A stretch of 60,997 bases of DNA. It comes from Alphaproteobacteria bacterium (lineage in GTDB: Bacteria; Pseudomonadota; Alphaproteobacteria; JAPYRI01). The notes below the pieces were generated by a model that saw only the letters and a program-made list of their open reading frames with translations, did no database searches and was not told the origin of the DNA. Position 1 is the first letter of the stretch. Every line of letters begins with the position of its first letter. The position numbers and the translations under genes are program-made. Positions 39,287-47,589 of the stretch are shown piece after piece. Location: the NCBI GenBank assembly GCA_029941135.1, contig JAPYRI010000005.1, positions 1 through 60,997 of the forward strand. The letters are read 5' to 3'.

Positions 39287-39353
39287 GAGGATCGCATAAA
39301 GCAAGGGCCTGTGCCCTATTCTGATCAATGAATTTGTGTTTTATTCGATCCTC
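39287..39353. promoter_or_regulatory. 14-bp inverted repeat with an internal hairpin in the divergent promoter region
   Basis: GAGGATCGCATAAA (39287-39300) and TTTATTCGATCCTC (39340-39353) are 13/14 complementary. Inner hairpin AGGGC-ctgt-GCCCT. Confidence 0.4.
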
Positions 39354-39417
39354 CAGAATATCGTCACTCGGGCACCCCTTGAACCGAGTAAGAGATTGCA
39401 TGCGAGAGTAAAATGAG

Positions 39418-40620
39418 ATGACCGTAGACACTGTCCTTCCGAATACTCAAATCCCGAGTTACGAACTGTCTACCGATCAGATAGAAATTCGCGATCAGGC
39501 GCTCAAATTTTTCATGTCTGAATTCCACCCCTTGCAAGAGCGGATGGATAACGAGGACTGGTGGCCCGAGCATGCCATCCCGAAGTTGGGAGAAATGGGT
39601 TACTTGGGTCAAACAGTTGGCGAAGAATACGGCGGCGCGGGTCTCGATTACTTGACGTCAAGTGTCATAGCGGAAGTCATGACTTACGCCAATCCGGCCA
39701 TTGCCTTCAGTTGGCTTGGTCATGACAACCTGTGCCTCAACAATATTTATCGCAGCGGCAATGAAGATCAACGCAATCGTTATGTCCCAAAAATGTGTTC
39801 GGGCGAGTGGATTGGCGCATTGGGAATGACTGAGCCGGGAGCGGGATCGGATGCATTGGGGTCCATGCGAACGCGGGCGCGGCGTGAGGGCGATCATTAC
39901 GTCTTGAACGGTACCAAGATATTCATCACCAATGGACCGATCGCCGACGTGCTTTTGGTCTACGCCAAAACCGATATGGAAAAAGGCACGCGGGGTATCT
40001 CCGCCTTTATCGTTGAAAAGGGCTTCGAAGGTTTCCGGGTCGCGCAAAAACTGGACAAAATGGGATTTCGCGGCAGTCCCCTGGGCGAATTGGTGTTCGA
40101 CGACTGCATAGTACCGGTCGAAAACCTGGTCGGTGAAGAAAATCAGGGAGCGCGCATTATGATGACGGGCCTCGACATCGAACGCGCGATGGCGGTTCCT
40201 TTTGCCATTGGCATTGGCCAACGGGCTCTCGACCTCGCGCTTGATTACGCTCAAACTAGAGAACAATTTGGCAAAACGATCTCAAACTTTCAGATGATTC
40301 AGTCGAAGCTTGCAGAAATGTATATTAGGCTGGAAGCCGCCCGCTCTTTTGCTTACCGGGCAATTAGGGCGTGTGATAATATGCCCCATGGTGAAACCGG
40401 CCGTGGTGATATCCACAAATTGACCGCCGCGGCCCTATTTCATTCGGCGGAAGCGGCAACGTTTATCGCCGATGAGGCCGTTCAAATCCACGGTGGGATG
40501 GGGTATATGCGGGAAACCGAGGTCAATCGCTTGTACCGTTGTACAAAGGTCCTCGAGATCGCCGCTGGCACACAAGAAGTTCGCAAAATGATTATTGCCG
40601 GTGAAATGCTGAAAGGCTAA
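39418..40620 (+). CDS. Acyl-CoA dehydrogenase, isovaleryl-CoA dehydrogenase-like
   Basis: GMTEPGAGSD, LNGTKIFITNG, LDIER (IVD-type catalytic Glu), QIHGGMGY and EIAAGTQE (no MCAD-position Glu). Confidence 0.88.
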   Translation: MTVDTVLPNTQIPSYELSTDQIEIRDQALKFFMSEFHPLQERMDNEDWWPEHAIPKLGEMGYLGQTVGEEYGGAGLDYLTSSVIAEVMTYANPAIAFSWLGHDNLCLNNIYRSGNEDQRNRYVPKMCSGEWIGALGMTEPGAGSDALGSMRTRARREGDHYVLNGTKIFITNGPIADVLLVYAKTDMEKGTRGISAFIVEKGFEGFRVAQKLDKMGFRGSPLGELVFDDCIVPVENLVGEENQGARIMMTGLDIERAMAVPFAIGIGQRALDLALDYAQTREQFGKTISNFQMIQSKLAEMYIRLEAARSFAYRAIRACDNMPHGETGRGDIHKLTAAALFHSAEAATFIADEAVQIHGGMGYMRETEVNRLYRCTKVLEIAAGTQEVRKMIIAGEMLKG

Positions 40621-40657
40621 AGACCCCGCAAAACCAACTTTTTAAGGTCACAAAGCT

Positions 40658-41911
40658 ATGGAAGACGTTTACATCATTGGCGCCTCATCAACTCGTTTTC
40701 AGAAATGGCCGGAAAAATCGTACAAAGAACTGACCCGCGAAGCTTATCTGGCGGCCCTGGAAGATGCCGGGATGGCAGAGGGCGGCCCGATCCAAAGCGC
40801 ATGGTTTGGTAATTGCGGCATGTGGACGGAGAAACAGGGCTCAATACGCGGCCAGGTATGCTTCACCCCCCTCGTCCGCGAAGGTTTGTTTCCCGAACGG
40901 GTCCCAATGATCAATGTAGAAAGCGGGTGCGCAACTGCCTCAATGGCGTTGAACGGCGCCTGGAAGGACATTGTCAGCGGCCAATCCAACATGGCCATCG
41001 CCATGGGTGTTGAAAAAACCTACTTCCCTGACGCGCCGGAAAACACGGCAGCCCTCTACAATGGCGGCATAGATCAGTTCAACCCGGAAGAATGGCAAGC
41101 TTATTATGCTGCTGCCGGCGACACTGCCGGCAAGCCTTTTGAACCCGGTTCGGACCGCACCATATTCATGGACACCTACGCCATGCAGGCATGCTTCCAC
41201 ATGAAAAAATATGGCACAACCCAGCGACAAATTGCCGCGAGCGCAGCAAAAAACCATCGCAACGGGGTGGATAACCCCAAAGCGCAATACAGTTTTAATC
41301 TAACCATCGACAAAGTATTGGAAGACCGGCCGGTCACCTATCCGCTCACCCGATCCATGTGCGCGCCTACCGGCGACGGCGCTGCTGCGGCCATCGTCTG
41401 CTCGGGAAGCTATTTGAAGACATTGCCCAGCGAAGTTCAGGAGCGTGCGGTAAAGATCGCGGCAACCACATTAAGCGGCGGCAAATACAGAACGTTGGAC
41501 GAACCTGGTCTCAGCCGCACGGCTGCCGAAAAAGCATACAAAATGGCCGACTTGGCGCCTGATGATATGGATGTCGCCGAAGTGCACGACGCAACTTCGT
41601 TCTGCGAGATTTATCAGTGTGAAATGATGGGGTTCGCCGAAGAGGGCAAGGGCGGTCAGCTGGTTGAGAGCGGCGGCACTTCGAATGGCGGCAAGATACC
41701 CGTCAACATGTCGGGCGGCCTGGTCTCGAAAGGACATCCGGTGGGCGCAACCGGTCTTTCCATGATCGACGAGCTTACCACGCAATTGCGCGGCGAAGCC
41801 GGTGTACGACAAGTTGAAGGCGCACGCCGGGCTTTGGCCGAAAACGGGGGTGGGGTCATCGGATTTGACGAAGCCGCCTGCTCGGTGATTATTCTGGAAA
41901 AGACGACTTAG
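40658..41911 (+). CDS. SCP2/SCP-x-type thiolase family protein
   Basis: ESGCATAS (Cys), DGAAA, EVHDAT, KGHPVGATG and ENGGG. Confidence 0.85.
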   Translation: MEDVYIIGASSTRFQKWPEKSYKELTREAYLAALEDAGMAEGGPIQSAWFGNCGMWTEKQGSIRGQVCFTPLVREGLFPERVPMINVESGCATASMALNGAWKDIVSGQSNMAIAMGVEKTYFPDAPENTAALYNGGIDQFNPEEWQAYYAAAGDTAGKPFEPGSDRTIFMDTYAMQACFHMKKYGTTQRQIAASAAKNHRNGVDNPKAQYSFNLTIDKVLEDRPVTYPLTRSMCAPTGDGAAAAIVCSGSYLKTLPSEVQERAVKIAATTLSGGKYRTLDEPGLSRTAAEKAYKMADLAPDDMDVAEVHDATSFCEIYQCEMMGFAEEGKGGQLVESGGTSNGGKIPVNMSGGLVSKGHPVGATGLSMIDELTTQLRGEAGVRQVEGARRALAENGGGVIGFDEAACSVIILEKTT

Positions 41912-41929
41912 CTGACGAGAGGCCTCTCG

Positions 41930-43168
41930 TCACGTCGCATCAAACTCGACCGGTAGCGCCTTCACCCCGCGCAAAACGACCGAGTCCATAAATTTCAGGT
42001 CCTGTTCTGGTATCGCCAGATGCACATCTTTAAGTCGTTTTGACATCTCGCGGATGGCGATCTGACTTTCCAGTCGCGCCAGTGGTGCTCCCAAACAAAA
42101 GTGGATACCTTGACCAAACGTGAGGTGCCGGTTTCGTTTGCGCGTTATATCAACCGCATCTGGGTTGCTGAACCTTCGGTCGTCACGGTTACCGGAATTT
42201 ACAAAGGCAAATATCCGCTCCCCTTCGTTGAGTTTCTTGCCACCCATTTCTACATCGCGGGCGACAATACGTACTTGCGAACCGCTGGGCCCGTCGTACC
42301 GCAGCAGTTCTTCGATCGCGCTAGTGACCAGATCTGGCTGCCGATTGAGCAATTCCATCTGATCCCGGTGTTTCATCAACGCCAGCATGCCGTTGCCCAT
42401 GAGGTTTGTGGTGGTTTCGTGGCCGGCAAATAGCAGTAGAATGCAGTTGCTGATCAGTTCATCTTCACTCAATTTATCGCCGTCGTCCCCCGCCTCCAAC
42501 ATACCGGTGGTCAAATCGTCCTGGGGAGACTTTCGCCGTTCCTCAATCATCGACCGAAAATATCCTGCCATATCGTGGGTGGCGGCTTCGGCCTTGGCGT
42601 ACTTATCTTCGGCTGATTGTGCACTACCGATAAACAACGCGATGTCATCGGACCAACGTTTGATTTGATCCAATTCCGAACGCGGGACGCCCAATAAATC
42701 CATCATCACGGTCGCCGGCAGTGGATAGGCCAAGTCGGTAATGATATCCATTCGGCCAGTTTCCGACACACGGTCAATCATCCCTGTCACCAGATCTTCG
42801 ATCGACAGGCGCATTTTCTCAACGATGCGTGGGGTGAACGGTTGATTCATTAAATTGCGCAAGTGCGTGTGCTCGGGGGGGTCTTTAAATACGGCCCACT
42901 TTCCCAAATAATGAATGAGGCTCTGAATTTTATTCCGCTCCTCGCCGGTGACCCGCTTAAAAAAAGGAGTCATCCGGTCGGAAGACATATCGTCCCCCAC
43001 CAAAACTTCGCGCACGTCGTCATAACGGGTCAGCACCCAACCGCGCAGGTTTTGGGACCAATGAACTGGATCTTCATCCCGCAAACGCTTGAAAGTGGGA
43101 AAAGGGTTCGCCAAAAACCCAGGATCACGATGGTTGACGTCTAAACTCATGTCTTGCTCGGCGGCCAT
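41930..43168 (-). CDS. Cytochrome P450
   Basis: DPPEH, AGHETT, EELLR and FGQGIHFCLG (heme Cys). Start chosen at MAAEQ after GAGGG. Confidence 0.95.
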   Translation of the reverse strand: MAAEQDMSLDVNHRDPGFLANPFPTFKRLRDEDPVHWSQNLRGWVLTRYDDVREVLVGDDMSSDRMTPFFKRVTGEERNKIQSLIHYLGKWAVFKDPPEHTHLRNLMNQPFTPRIVEKMRLSIEDLVTGMIDRVSETGRMDIITDLAYPLPATVMMDLLGVPRSELDQIKRWSDDIALFIGSAQSAEDKYAKAEAATHDMAGYFRSMIEERRKSPQDDLTTGMLEAGDDGDKLSEDELISNCILLLFAGHETTTNLMGNGMLALMKHRDQMELLNRQPDLVTSAIEELLRYDGPSGSQVRIVARDVEMGGKKLNEGERIFAFVNSGNRDDRRFSNPDAVDITRKRNRHLTFGQGIHFCLGAPLARLESQIAIREMSKRLKDVHLAIPEQDLKFMDSVVLRGVKALPVEFDAT

Positions 43169-43213
43169 TTCAGCCCTCATATTGAAAATTTGGACGTATC
43201 CTAACCCAAACGC

Positions 43214-43267
43214 CTGCGGGCAAACAGCCGCAGACAATCATTGACATTTAAGTTCGATATTACGAAC
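43214..43267. promoter_or_regulatory. Divergent P450/IclR promoter with two inverted repeats and a TTGACA hexamer (candidate IclR operator)
   Basis: CTGCGG-N8-CCGCAG (43214-43233), TTGACA (43241-43246) and GTTCG-N6-CGAAC (43252-43267). Confidence 0.4.
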
Positions 43268-43278
43268 ATATATTTGTA

Positions 43279-44022
43279 ATGTCGAATTCAAACGTAAAAG
43301 CCGCGCGCCGGACCCTCGACTTGCTGGAAGTATTCAGCTCCCGAAGAGAACCCATGTCCCTCACCGAACTGGCGACCGAAATTGGCGCCCCAAAAACCAG
43401 CTGTTTTGAGCTTCTTCAGACCTTAAAGGCACGCGGGTACTTGTATGCTTTAGGCCCCCGGCGCGGATACTATCCAACCCGGCGTTTTCTCGACCATGCG
43501 CAAGTCATAACCGAGAGCGACCCGGTGTTAAAACGTCTGGGATCAGCGCTCAAAAATCTGCGCGATGCAACCGGCGAAACGGTCATTCTGGGCAAGCAAC
43601 AGGGTAATGAAGTTGTCTATCTTCAGGTGATTGAGGGCCGTCAAAGCATTCGCTACTCGGCCCAGGCTGGCGACCAAAAACCCCTTCATTCCAGCGCCAT
43701 CGGAAAAGCATTTTTGGCTCAATTGAATGAAAGTGATCTCGACAATTTGCTCGCATCCCTGCCACTCAAGCAAATCACCTCGAAGACGTTCACCAACCAT
43801 GCTCGCCTTCAAGCCGACCTCGAGAGGGGCCGAAAACTGGGGTATTTTGTGACCCGGGGAGAAAACGTTGCAGACGTGACAGCCGTTGCAACGACCTTGT
43901 ATATTCATAGCGAGCCTTTTGGTGTTGCCGTCGCAGGACCGAGCGGACGTATGGATGCCGGTTTGGACACCGTATCCGCCAAACTGTTATCCCTAAAAGC
44001 GTCTGAGGAGAAAGCGCAGTGA
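43279..44022 (+). CDS. IclR family transcriptional regulator
   Basis: N-terminal HTH (SLTELATEIGAPKTS), TGETV and PLHSSAIGKAFLA. Confidence 0.93.
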   Translation: MSNSNVKAARRTLDLLEVFSSRREPMSLTELATEIGAPKTSCFELLQTLKARGYLYALGPRRGYYPTRRFLDHAQVITESDPVLKRLGSALKNLRDATGETVILGKQQGNEVVYLQVIEGRQSIRYSAQAGDQKPLHSSAIGKAFLAQLNESDLDNLLASLPLKQITSKTFTNHARLQADLERGRKLGYFVTRGENVADVTAVATTLYIHSEPFGVAVAGPSGRMDAGLDTVSAKLLSLKASEEKAQ

Positions 44023-44795
44023 GTAGCCACGACATCGTCGTATCGGTCGAAAATGACATCATCTTGCGGGTGACCGTCAACCGGTCTGAGAAGCGAAACG
44101 CTTTAAGCCGCAAAATTCTCAAATCGCTCGGCGAAATATTTGACGACTATTCGAGCCATGAAAATTTGCGGGTTGCTGTTTTGACCGGCGCGGGCGACAA
44201 AAGCTTTGCGGCAGGGGGTGATTTGAAGGATTTGAGTGTCTTACGCACACGGGAAGAGGCACGCGGTTTGGCGGATTTAGCCAAGAAGGCGCTTAACTCG
44301 GTGCGCAATTTTCCGGTGCCGGTGATCGCCGCACTGAATGGCAGTGCTATGGGCGGCGGCGCCGAATTGGCGATGGCGTGTGACTTTCGGGTTTCCACCA
44401 GGCACGCCCGCATTGGATTTGTGCAAGGGCGTCTCAATATTTCGACGGCATGGGGTGGCGGCGTAGACCTCATGAAATTGGTCGGTCCCAGCAAAGCCCT
44501 CGACCTGTTGTGCCGCAGCAGTATGCTTACCGCTGACGCTGCGTTGGCGATCGGGCTTATCGACCGGATTGCCGACGAGGACGAAGAGCTCGGTCATTGC
44601 GTAACCAATTTTCTGCAACCCTACCTACTGCAGGTGCCGCAAGTTTTGCGCGCGTTCAAGTCACTAACTATCGGCGCACGCCGCGGGTTACAACGAGCCG
44701 ATTTGGACGAAACTGAAACCGAGCAATTTGTCGGCACCTGGGTCCACGACGATCATTGGGCCGCAGCCGACAACGTACTCAGCAAGGGAAAATAG
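44019..44795 (+). CDS. Enoyl-CoA hydratase/isomerase (crotonase) family protein
   Basis: NRSEKRNAL, FAAGGDL and ALNGSAMGGGAELAMACDFR. The second catalytic Glu position appears to be Gln (FVQGRL). Confidence 0.88.
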   Translation: MSSHDIVVSVENDIILRVTVNRSEKRNALSRKILKSLGEIFDDYSSHENLRVAVLTGAGDKSFAAGGDLKDLSVLRTREEARGLADLAKKALNSVRNFPVPVIAALNGSAMGGGAELAMACDFRVSTRHARIGFVQGRLNISTAWGGGVDLMKLVGPSKALDLLCRSSMLTADAALAIGLIDRIADEDEELGHCVTNFLQPYLLQVPQVLRAFKSLTIGARRGLQRADLDETETEQFVGTWVHDDHWAAADNVLSKGK

Positions 44796-44798
44796 GTG

Positions 44799-46424
44799 AT
44801 GACACCGCCCAGCAAAGCAGCTTCCACTAGTTCTGCGGCTACGAAAGAACTCCGGCGCACACCTTCAGGCATTGAAATTCCGCTGATCGCGACCCCGAAC
44901 ATGCGGCAGGGCACTCTGGAAACTCCAGGAGAGGCGCCCTTTACCCGTGGTATTTTTCCCGACGGGTACCGGGGACGCATGTGGACCATGCGCCAGTATT
45001 CGGGATTTGGGACCGCCGAAGAATCGAACGAACGCTACCAATTTCTGATGGAACAAGGTCAAACCGGTTTGTCGGTCGCCCTCGACTTGCCGACACAATG
45101 CGGCTACGACCCAACCGACCCCATGGCGTCGGCAGAGGTCGGCAAAGTCGGGGTATCGCTTTCTAACCTGCGCGAGTTCGAGATACTGTTCAACAACATC
45201 GAACTGGACCGGGTATCCACGTCATTTACCATCAACGGCACGGCAGCAATCGTCTATGCCATGTACGTGGCCGCCGCCGATAAGGCGGGCATTCCGCGCG
45301 ATAAACTAACCGGCACAATCCAAAACGACATCCTCAAGGAATATGTCGCGCGGGGCACCTGGATTTTCCCGGTTCGGCCCTCGATGCGCCTCATCGCCGA
45401 CAGTGTTTTGTTCGCCAACAAAGAAACGCCGCGTTTCAATCCCATCTCCATCGCCGGCGCCCATGTGCGTGACGCGGGTTGCAATGCGGCTGAAGAAATG
45501 GGCTACACCCTGGCCAACGGCGTCGCCTATGTGGAAGAACTTTTGCGGCGCGGTGGCGACGTCAACAAGTTCGCCAAACGGCTAAGTTTTTTCTTCTATG
45601 TCCACATGGATTTCTTTGAAGAAATATCAAAGTTCCGCGCGGCGCGCCGTGTATGGGCCAACATTATGAAAGATAAGTTTGGCGCCACAGACCCCAAGGC
45701 CCTGATGTTCCGGTTTGGCGTCGTGTGTGGCGGATCGTCGCTCACCGCCGCGCAACCGCTGAACAATGTGGTCCGGGTAGGCATCGAAAATATGGCGGCG
45801 GTTCTGGGTGGCGCTCAATCCATCTTCACCTGCGCGTTTGACGAAGCTTTTCAGATCCCGACTGAACAAAGTGCCGAGCTCGCCCTGCGCACACAACAAA
45901 TCGTGGCGCATGAAAGCGGCATCGCCGACTCGGTCGACCCCTTGGGTGGCAGTTATTTTGTCGAGCACATGACCGACCAGATGGAAGCGGAAATCCTCAA
46001 AGTCATGGCGGATATCGACGAATATGGAGGCGTCGAAAAAGCGATTGAGGAAGGCTACATCCAAATGAAGATCGCCCAACGTGCCCGCGAGCGAAAAGAA
46101 AAAGTCGATAACGGGGAACGAATTGTCGTTGGCGTAAACAAGTATCAGCGGGACGAAACTGACCAGGGGTTTGGCGAAGTGTTTGAATTGGACCCTTCCG
46201 CGCGTGACCGAATACTCGATAAGTATCAAATGGTTATGGATACCCGTGACAATACGGAAGCGCAGAAACTTCTGCAACGGCTGGGCACCGCCGCCGCCGC
46301 CGAGGGGGAAAATCTTTTGCCGTATATTGTCGATTGTTGTCATGGCTATGTGACGGTTGGGGAAATGGTCGGTGAGCTAAAAAGTCACTGGGGTGAATTT
46401 CAAGAACCGGTTCGCCTGACATAG
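44799..46424 (+). CDS. Cobalamin-dependent acyl-CoA mutase, large (substrate-binding) subunit
   Basis: WTMRQYSGFG, GLSVALDLPTQ, GTIQNDILKEY and LRTQQIVAHESG. No fused B12 domain. Confidence 0.92.
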   Translation: MTPPSKAASTSSAATKELRRTPSGIEIPLIATPNMRQGTLETPGEAPFTRGIFPDGYRGRMWTMRQYSGFGTAEESNERYQFLMEQGQTGLSVALDLPTQCGYDPTDPMASAEVGKVGVSLSNLREFEILFNNIELDRVSTSFTINGTAAIVYAMYVAAADKAGIPRDKLTGTIQNDILKEYVARGTWIFPVRPSMRLIADSVLFANKETPRFNPISIAGAHVRDAGCNAAEEMGYTLANGVAYVEELLRRGGDVNKFAKRLSFFFYVHMDFFEEISKFRAARRVWANIMKDKFGATDPKALMFRFGVVCGGSSLTAAQPLNNVVRVGIENMAAVLGGAQSIFTCAFDEAFQIPTEQSAELALRTQQIVAHESGIADSVDPLGGSYFVEHMTDQMEAEILKVMADIDEYGGVEKAIEEGYIQMKIAQRARERKEKVDNGERIVVGVNKYQRDETDQGFGEVFELDPSARDRILDKYQMVMDTRDNTEAQKLLQRLGTAAAAEGENLLPYIVDCCHGYVTVGEMVGELKSHWGEFQEPVRLT

Positions 46425-46438
46425 GGGAGAAACATGAC

Positions 46439-46834
46439 GTGTCGCTAAAAGGAAAACGAATATTGATCGCAAAGCCCGGTTTGGACGGTCACGACGTGGG
46501 CGCAAAGATCATTGCCCTCGCCTTGCGGGACGCAGGTGCGGACGTCATCTACACTGGTCTCAGAAAATCACCTGAATACATTGCGCGCATAGCGGTCGAT
46601 GAAGATGTGGACGCGGTGGGACTAAGTATCCTCTCAGGTTCTCACAATGAATTGGTCGCGGAAACCATAAAACTGCTCCGCGAGATGGATGCAGATGATG
46701 TCAAAATTTTTGTCGGGGGCACCGTTTCCGGCGACGACGTGCAAAAACTTAAAGTCGCTGGTGTGGCCGGTGTATTCACCAGCGAAATGAAAATCGAAGA
46801 TACCCTAGCTGAACTTTCCGACGTTCTAGGCTGA
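46439..46834 (+). CDS. Cobalamin-binding small subunit of the acyl-CoA mutase
   Basis: AKPGLDGHDVG (DxHxxG), GLSILSG and VGG. Confidence 0.93.
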   Translation: MSLKGKRILIAKPGLDGHDVGAKIIALALRDAGADVIYTGLRKSPEYIARIAVDEDVDAVGLSILSGSHNELVAETIKLLREMDADDVKIFVGGTVSGDDVQKLKVAGVAGVFTSEMKIEDTLAELSDVLG

Positions 46835-46838
46835 TCTG

Positions 46839-47546
46839 TTGCCGGGTGGATCTTCGCGCCGCCTTGCCGTTTGGATGCTGGCGGCTCTCGCCACTGCAAT
46901 TGCCGCCTTCATTGTTTACCTCATGATCCGATTTCCTGAGGCCTTATCGGATCGGGATTCTAAAATTGGCCTCACCCATCAACTGTTGTGGCTTCTTTTA
47001 TTGGTCAGCAGTTTTGCCGTTCGCTGGCGTACTTCACCTGGCGAAACCTTGCGCAACATTGCCATTTGGGTTGCCGTTGCCGCGACCATCGGCGCTGGTT
47101 ACAGTTTCCGCCATGAATTTGAAGCGGTTGGCAACCGCATGATGTTCGAACTTGTGCCTCATCGCGGTCAAGTGGCGAATAATCGCATTACTTTTCGCGC
47201 GCGAACTAGTGGACATTTTGTTGTCGAGGCGCTTGTTGACGGCACAGCTCTCAGGTTTCTCGTTGACACCGGTGCAACCGACGTGGTTCTCAGCCCCTCA
47301 GACGCTCAACTCTTGGGCTTTGATCTGAAGTCGCTCAAGTTTACGCGCGTTTACCACACGGCAAATGGAACAGTGCGAGGCGCACCTGTGCGTCTGCGGC
47401 AGATTACGTTAGGACCGATCGCAATGCGCGACGTCCGCGCATCCGTCAACGAAGCACCCATGACTTCTTCGCTGCTGGGCATGAGTTTTCTGAGCAGACT
47501 GTCCAGTTACAAGGTCAGTAAAGATACTCTCACCCTTACCCCTTAA
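46839..47546 (+). CDS. TIGR02281-type clan AA (retropepsin-like) aspartic protease, membrane-anchored
   Basis: TM helices, GHF, FLVDTGAT, TANG and SLLGMSFL. Start position uncertain. Confidence 0.85.
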   Translation: MPGGSSRRLAVWMLAALATAIAAFIVYLMIRFPEALSDRDSKIGLTHQLLWLLLLVSSFAVRWRTSPGETLRNIAIWVAVAATIGAGYSFRHEFEAVGNRMMFELVPHRGQVANNRITFRARTSGHFVVEALVDGTALRFLVDTGATDVVLSPSDAQLLGFDLKSLKFTRVYHTANGTVRGAPVRLRQITLGPIAMRDVRASVNEAPMTSSLLGMSFLSRLSSYKVSKDTLTLTP

Positions 47547-47589
47547 GCTATTGATGTGACCTCTTTCTGCGACACATAATGCGATTACC

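Noticed and set aside
44799-46834. Ordinary methylmalonyl-CoA, isobutyryl-CoA or 2-hydroxyisobutyryl-CoA mutase
   Set aside because: Tyr89/Arg207 argue against ICM and HCM. Loss of the Y243, H328, Q330 and N366 equivalents argues against standard MCM.
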